Assembly (NCBI RefSeq): GCF_027008145.1
Contig: NZ_JALTCZ010000202.1
Location: 1 to 49,839 of the forward strand
DNA: 49,839 nt
DNA from: Thermococcus sp.
Lineage (GTDB): Archaea; Methanobacteriota_B; Thermococci; Thermococcales; Thermococcaceae
Direction of reading: 5' to 3'
Positions 18,595 to 29,028 of this stretch are shown in pieces. The notes beneath the pieces were generated by a model that did no database searches, had not been told where the DNA came from, and saw only the letters and a list, made by a program, of their open reading frames with translations. Both the position numbers and the translations under genes were made by a program. How positions within the stretch are numbered: position 1 is the first letter of the stretch; every line of letters begins with the position of its first letter.

Positions 18595-19473
18595 TCAGAG
18601 GTACTTTCTGAAGAACTCCCCGACCTTTGCCTTCCACTCATCCGGATGGAACTTGAGGGTTCTGACGTGAGGTGAATCCGTAATCCAGAGCTCAACGTCG
18701 GGGTTGACCTCCCTGTTCTTTTCATAGAAGGCTTTAACCTCCTCCACCTTAATCAGCGGGTCGCTCTCCCCCTGTATCAGGAGGAGCGGTTTTCTGACTT
18801 TATCGGCGTAGTTCATTACGTTGAGTTCTTTAGCACCACTGAAGAGCTTTGTGAAGGGCTTGATGAATGCATAGAGCCACTCCGGAAGGTTTGCAAAGTA
18901 CTTCAGGCCCCTCGCCCCTGTCTTGTCCATCTCTATTGGGGGTGAATCGGCGACGCCGCAACAGACCCCGTTGATCTCAGCTAGGGCCCTTATCGCCAGC
19001 ACCGCACCCATGGAGAAGCCGAGGAGTCCTATTCTCTTTGCCCTCTCCGGGTGGTTCTCGACCAGCCACTTAACCGCTCCCCTAACGTCATCGATTTCCC
19101 TGTCGCCGACCGTCGTGTACTTCCCCTCGCTCTTTCCATGTGCCCGGAAGTCGAAGGTAAGGACGTTGTAGCCCTCCTTGAGGAGGAACTCTGTAACGGG
19201 CTTCATGTAGACGTCGTCCCACCTGCTCCTCGTGTAGCCGTGAAGGGGCACAACAGTCTTCTCGCTCCCGCTGTCTATCCACCATCCGCTGAGCTTGAGG
19301 CCGTCCCCGGTCTCAAAAACGACTTCTTCATAGTCGAAGCCAAGGTCTTTAGGCGTCCACTTACCTATAAAGCGCGGGGGTTTAACCAGCTTGTAGGCGA
19401 CGAACACAACGAAGGCGAAGAATATCAGAATGAAAAATAAAAGGAGCCCAATGAGCCAGTCCACGCTCATCAC
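18595..19473 (-). CDS. Membrane-anchored alpha/beta hydrolase (lipase/lysophospholipase-like)
   Basis: 'LHGYT', 'FDFRAHGKS', GFSMG nucleophile elbow, 'GESDPLI' and 'PHV' triad; N-terminal TM helix. Confidence 0.9.
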   Translation of the reverse strand: MMSVDWLIGLLLFFILIFFAFVVFVAYKLVKPPRFIGKWTPKDLGFDYEEVVFETGDGLKLSGWWIDSGSEKTVVPLHGYTRSRWDDVYMKPVTEFLLKEGYNVLTFDFRAHGKSEGKYTTVGDREIDDVRGAVKWLVENHPERAKRIGLLGFSMGAVLAIRALAEINGVCCGVADSPPIEMDKTGARGLKYFANLPEWLYAFIKPFTKLFSGAKELNVMNYADKVRKPLLLIQGESDPLIKVEEVKAFYEKNREVNPDVELWITDSPHVRTLKFHPDEWKAKVGEFFRKYL

Positions 19474-20780
19474 TCCCCCGCAGGTTTGCTCTCAACGTCG
19501 AGATGCTTCATGCCCCATACCAGCGGGAGTGATATGGCTATGAATATCGCCCCGACCGGGAAGAGGATCTTGTAGTTGCTGCCCGCGAGCTGGACTATGA
19601 AGCCACCGACGGTTCCGGCTATGAGCACCGGGAAGGACTTCACGGCCTCAAAGACACCGTAATAGCGACCGTTGTAGGCCTCTTTCTGGTATTTGGTGAG
19701 GAGATCCCCGATGACCGGCCACGAAGTTGCCATGAGGGCTCCCCAGCCTATTCCCGCGACGGCTATAAGGCCGGTTATTTCGCCTCTCGTGGAGACGAAC
19801 CAGCCGAAGAGGAAGGGTATAAGGAATATCACCCCGCTTATGAGAATGGATCTTCTCCTGCCTATCCTGTCGTAGACCGGACCACCCACTATAGCTCCAA
19901 TCAGGACGGTGACATTAAAGAGTGCCATTATGGCGTTTCCGAGGGCAGTAACTTCCTTCGTGCCGAGCACTGACTCAAGTATGCCAAAGAGAAACACCGC
20001 AACGAACTCGAAGCTGAGCCACCAGAGCATCTGGGCGATGTAGAAGTTGAGGAAGTCCTTGTCGGAGATTATAGCCTTCAGGTAGTCCCAGAGGCCTTCC
20101 TCGGGGAGCTCGCCTTCTGCTCTGGGCTCTCTTATTTTGAGGGTCACGTAGATTGCGGAGATTATTAAGAAGAATGCAACAACAGTAAAGGGCATCCAGA
20201 AGTTGCCGGCCTTTATCATTGCCTCGATGCCGTTCTTTATCCCAGTTGTCTTGGTGGCGCTCGCAGCGATGAAAGCTATCGAGCCAAAGAGCACTAGGTT
20301 TCCCATCCACTCGAAGAGCGTTATCACGCCACTCGCCTTGCCCCTGACACCGCTCTTGACTATGTCAGGCATCAGGGAGCGGTACTGGGCAACGAAGAAG
20401 TACATGAAGAAGTAGAACAGCGCCAGCAACACTGCAAAGGTCATCAGAGAGACTCCAGCTATGTAACCGAGGTAAAGGGCTATAGCAGTGAGACCAGCGA
20501 GTATTCCCCCGGCGAGGATGAATGGCACCCTCCTACCGAGCCCTGAGCGGTAGATGTCGCTGTAGTAACCCATTATCGGTGGGACTATCAGACCCATAAG
20601 CCCTTGGAGGGCGAGGACTGTCCCAATGACCGTTGGGGCGTTTGTATACTTTGCCTGCAGAAGCTTGAATGTCAGTCCCTTGTTCAGAGCCCAGCCAGTG
20701 CTCATGCTGAACCCCAGAAGGGCAAGACCCAAGATGACGCTCCATTTAAACTTCCTTTCACCGTTGGACACAAGGATCAC
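19470..20780 (-). CDS. MFS transporter (SLC45/GPH-like)
   Basis: 'GYYSDIYRSGLGRRVPFILAG' and 'YDRIGRRRS' MFS motifs; about 12 TM helices. Confidence 0.9.
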   Translation of the reverse strand: MILVSNGERKFKWSVILGLALLGFSMSTGWALNKGLTFKLLQAKYTNAPTVIGTVLALQGLMGLIVPPIMGYYSDIYRSGLGRRVPFILAGGILAGLTAIALYLGYIAGVSLMTFAVLLALFYFFMYFFVAQYRSLMPDIVKSGVRGKASGVITLFEWMGNLVLFGSIAFIAASATKTTGIKNGIEAMIKAGNFWMPFTVVAFFLIISAIYVTLKIREPRAEGELPEEGLWDYLKAIISDKDFLNFYIAQMLWWLSFEFVAVFLFGILESVLGTKEVTALGNAIMALFNVTVLIGAIVGGPVYDRIGRRRSILISGVIFLIPFLFGWFVSTRGEITGLIAVAGIGWGALMATSWPVIGDLLTKYQKEAYNGRYYGVFEAVKSFPVLIAGTVGGFIVQLAGSNYKILFPVGAIFIAISLPLVWGMKHLDVESKPAGE

Positions 20781-20863
20781 CCCACTATATAGACTATATG
20801 GCGTAGGAGTTTAAACAGAGAAGCTTTTAAGGGTTTTTAGCCCATTTTTGGGCGGTAGGGGAG

Positions 20864-21571
20864 ATGCCACCTATGAACAGTGAAAAACTTTTCATACTTG
20901 GTCACAGGGGCTTTAAGGGGGAGCTTGAGAACACCCTTCCGGCCTTCAGGAGGGCTTTAAAGTATGCCGATGGGATAGAGTTCGACGTCAGGATGACGGC
21001 TGACGGGAAGCTCGTCCCCCACCACGATGAAGGCTTTAACTCCAACGGGGGCTTTCACACCATCAGGGAGCTGACTTTGGTGGAGCTGAAGAGACTGCAC
21101 CCAAAGGGTAAGCTAATCCCAAGGGTGGAGATGGTCTTTCGGAAGTTCAGAGGGGCCTTCTTCAACGCCGACATCAAGGAAACCGAAGCCATAGAGGAGT
21201 TGCTGAAAACGGCCGAGAGATTAGGGGTGTTGGATAGAACGGTCTTCTCGTCGGAAGACCCAACCCGTATCAAGGCTCTTCTGAGGGAATGTCCAGACTG
21301 CATGGCCGGCTTATCCATAGTCAACTGTTCCTTCATCCGCTGGATCCCGAAGCTTAAGGGTTTGTACTCTGTCCACATGCCGCTTGATGCGGTCTCGTAC
21401 ATCGGCTACCACGCCGTGGTCTCACTCATAAGAGCTTTCAGGAGGAAGAGCCTTAGAATCTATCTCTGGAACTACGGGATGAACGAGCTTTCCTGGGTTC
21501 CGAGGTTCCTTCCCTTCGTCGATGCTGTAATCTCAGACGACCCGGCGAGGTTAAGAAAGGTTTTTTACTGA
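20864..21571 (+). CDS. Glycerophosphodiester phosphodiesterase
   Basis: 'GHRG..ENTLPAF', 'IEFDVRMTADG..HD' and 'VISDDP'. Confidence 0.92.
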   Translation: MPPMNSEKLFILGHRGFKGELENTLPAFRRALKYADGIEFDVRMTADGKLVPHHDEGFNSNGGFHTIRELTLVELKRLHPKGKLIPRVEMVFRKFRGAFFNADIKETEAIEELLKTAERLGVLDRTVFSSEDPTRIKALLRECPDCMAGLSIVNCSFIRWIPKLKGLYSVHMPLDAVSYIGYHAVVSLIRAFRRKSLRIYLWNYGMNELSWVPRFLPFVDAVISDDPARLRKVFY

Positions 21572-21598
21572 GTGGGGGAAGTTAAAGCGGTGGTTTGC

Positions 21599-22339
21599 AT
21601 GGAAGGTAAGGTTTTGGTGCTCGGCCACAGGGGTTACTCAAGCAAATACCCTGAGAACACTATTCTGGCCTTCAAGAAGGCCATTGAGGCTGGGGCGGAC
21701 GGAGTTGAGCTCGACGTCTGGCTCACGAAGGACGGGGAAGTCGTCATAATCCATGATGAGACCGTTGACAGGACGAGCAACGGAAGTGGTGGGGTCAAGG
21801 AGATGACGTTAGGGGAGCTTAAAGAGCTTGACTTCGGGAGCGGGGAGAAAATACCTACGCTTGAGGAGGTCTTCGAGGCCCTGCCGGAGGAGGCCCTCAT
21901 AAACGTCGAGATCAAAGACGTAGATGCCGTCGAGAGGACGGCGGAGATAATCAGGGCCCACAACCCTGGAAGGGTCATAGTTTCCTCATTCCACCTTAAC
22001 GCTCTTGAAAAATACAGGAAACTCGACCAGGAGACGAGGGTAGGAATCCTCGTGGATCGCGAGGAGACTATAGCAAAACTGCCCGAGCTGATGCCGAGGA
22101 TAAGGCCCTGGTCAATAAACCCACCTATAGACGCACTCTCCATCCTCGGTGTCGAGAAGACCGTTGGGGCGCTCCAGATGGTCAGGAAGGCCAACCTGAA
22201 GGTTCTCCTCTGGCCACTCAACGAGGAGCTCTACTACCAGAACGACAACCTAGTCAGGCTCGGAGGTCTCTTCAACGGGGTCATCGCCAACGATGTCGAG
22301 AGGATGATCAGCTACCTCCACTCCTTAGGGCTCAGGTGA
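21599..22339 (+). CDS. glpQ: Glycerophosphodiester phosphodiesterase
   Basis: '[17 protein letters not shown]', '[20 protein letters not shown]' and 'NVEIK'; likely ATG at 21599. Confidence 0.93.
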   Translation: MEGKVLVLGHRGYSSKYPENTILAFKKAIEAGADGVELDVWLTKDGEVVIIHDETVDRTSNGSGGVKEMTLGELKELDFGSGEKIPTLEEVFEALPEEALINVEIKDVDAVERTAEIIRAHNPGRVIVSSFHLNALEKYRKLDQETRVGILVDREETIAKLPELMPRIRPWSINPPIDALSILGVEKTVGALQMVRKANLKVLLWPLNEELYYQNDNLVRLGGLFNGVIANDVERMISYLHSLGLR

Positions 22340-22389
22340 GACCGAATCCCTAATATATCCCCCCGTCTTTCTTAATTCTTGGTGGTGGC

Positions 22390-23871
22390 ATGGAGGAATT
22401 CATCCTTTCTCTTGACGAGGGAACCACTTCGGCGAGGGCAATAGTGTTCGACAGGGAGAGCAACATCCTTGGAATCGGTCAGTACGAGTTCCCTCAGCAC
22501 TACCCAAAGCCCGGCTGGGTGGAGCATAATCCAGAAGAGATATGGGAGGCCCAGCTCAGGGCGATAAAGAGCGCCATCAAGAGGGCCAAGGTCGAGCCAG
22601 GCCAGATAGCGGCTATAGGCGTTACCAATCAAAGGGAAACGACCATAGTCTGGGACAGGAGCGGAAAGCCGCTCTACAACGCCATAGTCTGGCAGTGCAG
22701 GAGAACGGCCGAGATGGTGGAGGAGATAAAGCGCGAGTACGGAAGCCTCATCAAGAAGAAAACAGGTCTCGTTCCGGATGCCTACTTCTCCGCAAGCAAG
22801 CTCAAGTGGCTCCTCGACAACGTGCCCGGTCTGAGGGAGAAGGCAGAGAGGGGTGAAGTCCTCTTCGGGACGGTTGATACCTTCCTAATCTACCGCCTCA
22901 CTGGTGAACACGTTACAGACTACTCCAACGCTTCCAGGACTATGCTCTTCAACATCAAGAGGCTTGAGTGGGACGACGAGTTGCTTGAGCTGTTCAACAT
23001 CCCGGAGGGAGTTCTCCCCGAGGTCAGGGAATCTAGCGAAGTCTACGGCTACACGAAGAGAGACATTTTAGGTGCCGAGATTCCCGTCAGCGGAGACGCC
23101 GGCGACCAGCAGGCTGCGCTCTTCGGACAGGCCGCTTTTGAGACCGGAATGGTGAAGGCAACTTACGGGACGGGGAGCTTTATCTTAGCCAACACCGGGA
23201 AGACCATCCGCTATTCAGACAACCTGCTCACGACCATAGCCTGGGGCCTCGGCGGAAGGGTCACCTACGCCCTTGAAGGAAGCATCTTCATAACCGGTGC
23301 CGCTGTGCAGTGGCTCAGGGACGGGGTAAAGATAATAAAAAGCGCCTCCGAAACGGAAGAGCTCGCCACCAAACTGAAGGGCAACGATGGAGTTTACTTC
23401 GTGCCGGCCTTTGTGGGCCTCGGCGCGCCATACTGGGATCAGTTTGCGCGCGGACTGATAATCGGCATAACGCGCGGAACCGGCAGGGAGCACCTCGCGA
23501 GGGCAACGCTGGAGGCGATAGCTTACCTGACGAGGGACGTGATAGAGGAGATGGAGAGGCTCGTCGGCATAAAGGAGCTCCGCGTCGACGGGGGCGCGAC
23601 GGCAAACGACTTCCTGATGGGGTTCCAGGCGAACATACTGAACAGGCGCGTTGTGAGGCCGGTGGTAAAAGAAACAACGGCCCTCGGAGCGGCATACCTA
23701 GCTGGCCTTGCAGTCGATTACTGGAATGACATTGAGGAAATAAAGAAGCTCTGGAAGGCGGAGAAGGTCTTCGAACCGAAGATGGACGAGGAAACAAGGG
23801 AGAAGCTCTACCGCGGCTGGAAGGAAGCTGTGAAAAGGGCGATGGGCTGGGCGAAGGTCGTCGGCAATTGA
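22390..23871 (+). CDS. glpK: Glycerol kinase
   Basis: 'LDEGTTSAR', 'TNQRET', 'WQCRRT', '[10 protein letters not shown]', 'KATYGTGSF' and 'LRVDGGA'. Confidence 0.98.
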   Translation: MEEFILSLDEGTTSARAIVFDRESNILGIGQYEFPQHYPKPGWVEHNPEEIWEAQLRAIKSAIKRAKVEPGQIAAIGVTNQRETTIVWDRSGKPLYNAIVWQCRRTAEMVEEIKREYGSLIKKKTGLVPDAYFSASKLKWLLDNVPGLREKAERGEVLFGTVDTFLIYRLTGEHVTDYSNASRTMLFNIKRLEWDDELLELFNIPEGVLPEVRESSEVYGYTKRDILGAEIPVSGDAGDQQAALFGQAAFETGMVKATYGTGSFILANTGKTIRYSDNLLTTIAWGLGGRVTYALEGSIFITGAAVQWLRDGVKIIKSASETEELATKLKGNDGVYFVPAFVGLGAPYWDQFARGLIIGITRGTGREHLARATLEAIAYLTRDVIEEMERLVGIKELRVDGGATANDFLMGFQANILNRRVVRPVVKETTALGAAYLAGLAVDYWNDIEEIKKLWKAEKVFEPKMDEETREKLYRGWKEAVKRAMGWAKVVGN

Positions 23872-24040
23872 CTCTCGTTTATTTTCATGGCCCATCTATG
23901 TACATTTGCTAAATGTTCACGGCTGTCCTACCTTTTTATGCCCTAAACTGTTCTCTCATCCCTTTTAGGCCAAACTAAAGGTTAAAGAAAGCTTTAAAAC
24001 ATGCAAATCCCTTTCCAATACTTAGTTTGAGGTGATATTA

Positions 24041-25531
24041 ATGAAGACAAGAGTGGTCATAATAGGTGCGGGGATAAGCGGAGCCAGCACAGCGCGCGTC
24101 CTGAGCAGGTACGAGAACCTGGAGGTTCACCTCATCGAGAAGGCCCCGGATGTTGGCTGGGGCGTGAGCAAGGCAAACACCGCCCTAATCCACGGGGGCT
24201 ACGATGACGACCCGGAGAAGTACCCGACGAGAGCGAGGCTCTGCATAAAGGGAAACAGGCTCTGGCACCGCTGGGTTAAGGAGCTCCAGATAGCCCACAT
24301 CTGGAACGGGGCTTTGATAGTGGCTTTGAGGGACGAGGACTTCGACGAGCTGGAGAGACTTTTGGAACGCGGGAGGAGGAACGGCGTCCCCGAGATGAGG
24401 ATCGTCAGTAGGGATGAGCTCTTCCACCTTGAGCCGGGCCTCACAAGGGAAGCGATTGGAGCACTCTGGGTTCCAATAGTCGGTCAGATAGCGCCGATCC
24501 CAGCGGTTATAGCCCTCGTCGAAAACGCAGTTGCCAACGGGGTGAAGACCCACCTCGAAACGAAAGTCAGGGGTATAAAGGTCGAGAACGGCGAGATAAA
24601 GGGCGTTGAGACCAACAAGGGCTTTATCGAGGCTGACGTGGTCATCAATGCGGCCGGGCTTTACGCGGACGAGATAGCGAGGATGGCAGGAATAGACTAC
24701 TTCGAAATCCACCCGAGGAAAGGTGAGTACTGGATCTTTGACGACGATGTTCCCGGCCCGAGAAGGGTTCTCTTCCCGACACCCACCCCAATAAGCAAGG
24801 GGATCGTCGTCACGACCGAGGTGAGCGGGCACCTCATGATAGGGCCCAACGCCCAGGACCTGCCTCCGGAGGAGAAAGAGAATCTCGCTACCACAAAGGA
24901 GGGCCTTGAGGGAGTCTGGGGAGGCGCCAAAAAGCTATGGCCCAACCTGCCACCGAGAAACAAGGTGATAAGGACTTTTGCCGGCTTAAGGCCGGAACCG
25001 ACGGGCGGGGACTTCATAATAAAAGCCGAGGAAGAGGTCTGGGGCTTTATAAACGTCGCAGGGATACGCTCTCCCGGCCTCACCAGTGCCCCGGCGATAG
25101 CCTACGAAGTCGCTGAGATAATCCAGAGAGACCTCGGGATAAAGCTCGTTGAGAAGGAGAAGTGGAACCCCTATCGGAAGGAAATTACACACTTCTTCAT
25201 GCTGCCACCTGAGAAAGCGAACGGGCTCATCAAGAAGAACCCGTCTTATGGTAGGATAGTCTGCAGGTGCAACGGCGTGAGCGAGGGGGATATCTTGGAG
25301 GCGATAGAGAGGATGAAGTTCATAGGTGTTAAAACGCCTAGCGTTGACTCGGTGAAGTTTAGGACCAAGGCAACGACCGGAACCTGCCAGGGGAGCTTCT
25401 GCAGGCCGAGGATAGTGCATCTTTTAGCGAGGGAGTACGGAATCGAGCCCTGGAAGGTCACGCTGAAGGGCGAGGGAAGTGAGATTGGAATAGGCGACGT
25501 GAAAGCCCTCCTGAGGGGGGATGAGGCATGA
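24041..25531 (+). CDS. glpA: FAD-dependent glycerol-3-phosphate dehydrogenase with C-terminal BFD-like [2Fe-2S] domain
   Basis: GAGISG FAD motif, 'SKANTALIHGG', 'GIRSPGLTSAPAIA', CRCN...CQGSFC; adjacent to glpK. Confidence 0.85.
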   Translation: MKTRVVIIGAGISGASTARVLSRYENLEVHLIEKAPDVGWGVSKANTALIHGGYDDDPEKYPTRARLCIKGNRLWHRWVKELQIAHIWNGALIVALRDEDFDELERLLERGRRNGVPEMRIVSRDELFHLEPGLTREAIGALWVPIVGQIAPIPAVIALVENAVANGVKTHLETKVRGIKVENGEIKGVETNKGFIEADVVINAAGLYADEIARMAGIDYFEIHPRKGEYWIFDDDVPGPRRVLFPTPTPISKGIVVTTEVSGHLMIGPNAQDLPPEEKENLATTKEGLEGVWGGAKKLWPNLPPRNKVIRTFAGLRPEPTGGDFIIKAEEEVWGFINVAGIRSPGLTSAPAIAYEVAEIIQRDLGIKLVEKEKWNPYRKEITHFFMLPPEKANGLIKKNPSYGRIVCRCNGVSEGDILEAIERMKFIGVKTPSVDSVKFRTKATTGTCQGSFCRPRIVHLLAREYGIEPWKVTLKGEGSEIGIGDVKALLRGDEA

Positions 25532-26787
25532 TGGGGTTCCCCAACGTTCCAACCCTCAGTTACGACGTTGTGGTCATTGGTGGCGGGCCGGCAGGAATGG
25601 CCGCTGCAATAAAAGCTAAAGAGCTCGGGCTGAAGGTTCTCCTGCTCGATGAAAACGACTACCTTGGAGGAATCCTCCCGCAGTGCATCCACCCGGGCTT
25701 TGGGATACACTACTTCGGGGAAGAACTCACCGGACCGGAGTTTGCCTCAAGGCTTGCCAAGAAGCTGGTTGAGCTTGGAGTAGAGTACAGAACCTCCGCC
25801 AGGATTCTCGAAATCAGGAACTACTCCGACCTCGAAAAGTTCGTGCTCTTCACGTCTCCAAGCGGGCTCTACGGTGTGTGGGCCAGGGCCGTAATCTACG
25901 CCGCCGGTGCCCGCGAAAGGCACGCCTTCGAGATTGGAATCGTGGGCGATCGCGTTTCGGGAATCTACACCGCTGGAGAGGCTCAAACGCTGATGGACAT
26001 CTACGGGGTTCTGCCAGGCAAGGAGATAGTCATAGTCGGCTCAGGTGACGTCGGCCTGATAATGGCCCGTCGCTTTGCACTCGAGGGGGCCAAAGTCAAG
26101 GCCGTAATAGAGCTCATGCACTATCCAGGCGGTTTAGCGAGGAACGTCATGATACTCAGGGACTTCGGCATTCCGCTCTACTTAGGTCACAAGGTCGTTG
26201 AAGTTAGAGGAAAGGGCAGGGTCAAGAAGGTAAAGGTCGTCAGGATCGACGAGAACCTGAGAGAAACGGGCGAGGAATTCTGGATCGAGGCAGACACGCT
26301 CGTGATCTCAGTCGGTTTAGTTCCGGCCGTGAAGAAGCTGAAAAAGATCGGCGTCGAGATCGACCCTGCCACCGGCGGACCGGTCGTGAACGACCGTCTT
26401 GAGACGAGCGTTCCCGGAGTATTCGTGGCTGGAAACTCCCTTCTCATCAACGACCTCGTGGACTACGTAGCGGAACAGGGTGAAATGGCTGCCGAAGGGG
26501 CCAAAGAGTTCATAGAGAACGGCGGAATCGAGAGCAGGAGGTGGACAAGGGTCGAGAAGGGTGAGAACATCAGGCTCGTAGTTCCGCACTACCTGAGCGG
26601 GGAAAGGGATGTCTACCTCTACCTCCGCGTTTCAAAACCCATGGAGGACGTTGAGCTGAGGATTCCTGAGATAGGCAAGAGGCTCAAGCTCCCCGTCGTC
26701 AAGCCGGCGGAGATGATAAGGCTCAAGCTTAAAGAGGAGGAGATCAGAGGAGCGGGGAAGCTCACAGTGGAGGTGGTAAGGCCATGA
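25528..26787 (+). CDS. NAD(P)/FAD-dependent oxidoreductase (G3PDH partner subunit)
   Basis: GGGPAG, 'LGGILPQCIHPGFG', 'GSGDVGLIMARRF'; overlaps the glpA stop. Confidence 0.9.
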   Translation: MMGFPNVPTLSYDVVVIGGGPAGMAAAIKAKELGLKVLLLDENDYLGGILPQCIHPGFGIHYFGEELTGPEFASRLAKKLVELGVEYRTSARILEIRNYSDLEKFVLFTSPSGLYGVWARAVIYAAGARERHAFEIGIVGDRVSGIYTAGEAQTLMDIYGVLPGKEIVIVGSGDVGLIMARRFALEGAKVKAVIELMHYPGGLARNVMILRDFGIPLYLGHKVVEVRGKGRVKKVKVVRIDENLRETGEEFWIEADTLVISVGLVPAVKKLKKIGVEIDPATGGPVVNDRLETSVPGVFVAGNSLLINDLVDYVAEQGEMAAEGAKEFIENGGIESRRWTRVEKGENIRLVVPHYLSGERDVYLYLRVSKPMEDVELRIPEIGKRLKLPVVKPAEMIRLKLKEEEIRGAGKLTVEVVRP

Positions 26788-27134
26788 GGAAGACCTACCG
26801 CTTCACCTGCATCGTCTGCCCGCTCGGCTGTTCGATAGAGGTCGAGGTTGAGGACGGAAAAGTTCTTGAGGTCAGAGGGCACACCTGTCCGCGAGGTAAG
26901 GAGTGGGCGATCCAGGAAGTTACGAGCCCGAAGAGGGTAGTGATGACAGTCCTTCCAGTCGAGAACGGGGCACTGCCAACGGTGAGCGTAAAAACTGCTG
27001 AACCAGTGCCAAAGGAGAAGATCCCGGAGCTCATGAGGTTTCTCGCCAGCCTAAAGCTGAAGGCGCCGATAAAAATAGGAGACGTCGTCACCGAGTGGAA
27101 GGGAGTAAAAATAGTGGTGACGAGAGGAGCCTGA
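26784..27134 (+). CDS. DUF1667 small Cys-rich metal-binding protein
   Basis: CIVCPLGC...CPRG motif; third gene of the G3PDH cassette. Confidence 0.88.
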   Translation: MRKTYRFTCIVCPLGCSIEVEVEDGKVLEVRGHTCPRGKEWAIQEVTSPKRVVMTVLPVENGALPTVSVKTAEPVPKEKIPELMRFLASLKLKAPIKIGDVVTEWKGVKIVVTRGA

Positions 27135-27929
27135 TCAGGGGAGTGCCTCATTAATCGGAGGCGCGTTATTCAGCCCCTCCGGAGTCTTTATCTCCACCTT
27201 CCGGTTTATGTTCCTGAAGACCACAACGTCGTGGAGGGTCACTCTGACCGGCATAACGCCCTTCCAGGTCTTTATTTTGATCACCATCCTGAAGTATTCC
27301 TCGACGTAAACCGGATAGCCCTGCCTAGTCAGGTGCACCTCGACCCAGCCTTCCTTGGTTGTCACGCTCTCGATGTTCTTTCTCTTCATCTGGGAAAGAA
27401 CCAAGTTGCTCCTGTTAGTTATGTTCACGAGCTCCCAGTAGGTTATGTTAACCCTGAAGGAATAGCCCTCAGAGAGCTTCCTGATTGTCACGTTTTTCTC
27501 TTTTAGGAGCTTTTTGATGGCTTCGATGTCAAGGGAGCCCCTGCTCTCGTTGGCAAGCTCAGCACCCGTTGCGTTGTACCACTTCCCCTTGATTTTGAAA
27601 AATGCCCGGGTGCCGTTCAGGAAATACGGCCAGTTTGCTGTAATGTTCATACCAAAGTACTCCATGAAAAGGGAGAAGTTACCTGCCTCTATGCCCGAGC
27701 TCAGGTTGAAGGCACCGATGGATTTGAATTTCATTAGCATCTCAACGGTCTTGTTGCTGGAGGGCTCTGTGAAGTTCATTGCCAAGGATATGTTCTCTTG
27801 GTAGGTTCCAGTGTGGATGCTCTCTATGGCCTTCATGACCTTTTCCTCAGTGAGTCCCACGCCATCCCCTATGCACCCGCTGGCAAAGAGGACGAGTCCA
27901 GCAAGGAATAGTGCCCAGACCTTCCTCAT
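27135..27929 (-). CDS. Lipoprotein (beta-rich, possibly LppX/LolA-like)
   Basis: GGAGG RBS; lipobox-like 'VLFASGCIG'; multiple N-x-S/T sequons; C-terminal 'NINRKVEIKTP'. Confidence 0.75.
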   Translation of the reverse strand: MRKVWALFLAGLVLFASGCIGDGVGLTEEKVMKAIESIHTGTYQENISLAMNFTEPSSNKTVEMLMKFKSIGAFNLSSGIEAGNFSLFMEYFGMNITANWPYFLNGTRAFFKIKGKWYNATGAELANESRGSLDIEAIKKLLKEKNVTIRKLSEGYSFRVNITYWELVNITNRSNLVLSQMKRKNIESVTTKEGWVEVHLTRQGYPVYVEEYFRMVIKIKTWKGVMPVRVTLHDVVVFRNINRKVEIKTPEGLNNAPPINEALP

Positions 27930-28067
27930 TCCAACTACCTCCCATTATGTCAAAGGAACTTCGGTCTAGGGTTTAAATACTTTTTCTCTTCAATTTTTAC
28001 AAACTACTTAAGATAGTTAGCAAAAAGAGTTCATGTTCTTCCAGGAGAAAACTGAAGACAGAAAAGT

Positions 28068-28280
28068 TCAGAGGGCTTCAAACTTCTGGAGGAATATCCT
28101 TAAGTCCGTTTTGAAGGGCTCTTCCGTCTTCTCAATCTCCCTTTGGAGCAGTCCAAGGAACTCTTCCTCGTCCCGGGAAGCCTCCCAGAGGGCCTCGACG
28201 GTCTCCTTCAGCCGATCCCAGTATTCAACGTAAGGGCGGGATTCGAAGAGGGCTCCCTTCAGCCTGTCGGATTCCTTCAT
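28068..28280 (-). CDS. Small conserved hypothetical protein
   Basis: GGTGA RBS before ATG 28280, immediately after the PrsW stop; helical charged protein. Confidence 0.75.
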   Translation of the reverse strand: MKESDRLKGALFESRPYVEYWDRLKETVEALWEASRDEEEFLGLLQREIEKTEEPFKTDLRIFLQKFEAL

Positions 28281-28284
28281 CCCA

Positions 28285-28983
28285 TCACCCCCTGAAGAAA
28301 TAACCGTACAAGAACCTTCTCCTATCCTCCTCCTCACCCAAGAGGAGGAAGTAGCGCAGTATCGCAAGGTTCAGCAGGAGGAGGAATATCAGGACTATGT
28401 TATAGGCCGGGACTTCGGCGCTGAGGAAGGCGAAGTAGTCCCAGAAGAAGTGGAGCGTTATGGCCAAGGCGTAGAAGTTGCCCAGCACAACCGGCTTGCC
28501 CTCGGCAAGGAGCCCATAGCCAACGCCGATTACTGCCGTCCAGGTTGCATGGGCGAGTGGCGTGAGGAAAGCCCTGGTTATCGTAACCGCAACGCCCCAG
28601 CCGAGGCCGTACAAAAAGTTCTCCGTTGCGGCGAAGCCGAGGCCAGCGGCGACGCCATAAACAACACCATCCATGATACCGTCCATCTGTCCAGCCCTGA
28701 AAGGAAATCTGACGGCAAGGGCCTTGGATGGCTCCTCTACGATTCCCGCAACGAGGGCCACGTAGAAGGCCGTCGTCGGAAGTATAGGCTTTATTATCCC
28801 ACCGATTGTCAGAATGCTCTCAAGCACGTAGGCTATGCCCACCGAGAGAGTTGCACCAAGAAGGAAAGTGGCTATGACGTAGCGCTTTGGCTCGGGCTCA
28901 TATCTATCCTTGTGATAGAAGTACCAGAGGAAAGCGAGAGCCGGAGCGTATGCGAAAAAGATCAACGTTGCCAAGATTCCCAT
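28285..28983 (-). CDS. PrsW-family intramembrane metalloprotease
   Basis: 'DRYEPEP', 'VEEPSK', 'GLGFAATEN', 'HATWT' and 'HFFWD'. Confidence 0.93.
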   Translation of the reverse strand: MGILATLIFFAYAPALAFLWYFYHKDRYEPEPKRYVIATFLLGATLSVGIAYVLESILTIGGIIKPILPTTAFYVALVAGIVEEPSKALAVRFPFRAGQMDGIMDGVVYGVAAGLGFAATENFLYGLGWGVAVTITRAFLTPLAHATWTAVIGVGYGLLAEGKPVVLGNFYALAITLHFFWDYFAFLSAEVPAYNIVLIFLLLLNLAILRYFLLLGEEEDRRRFLYGYFFRG

Positions 28984-29028
28984 TCAACCACCCAAATAAC
29001 TGGAGACATCCTAGGTTTAAAGTTTTCG

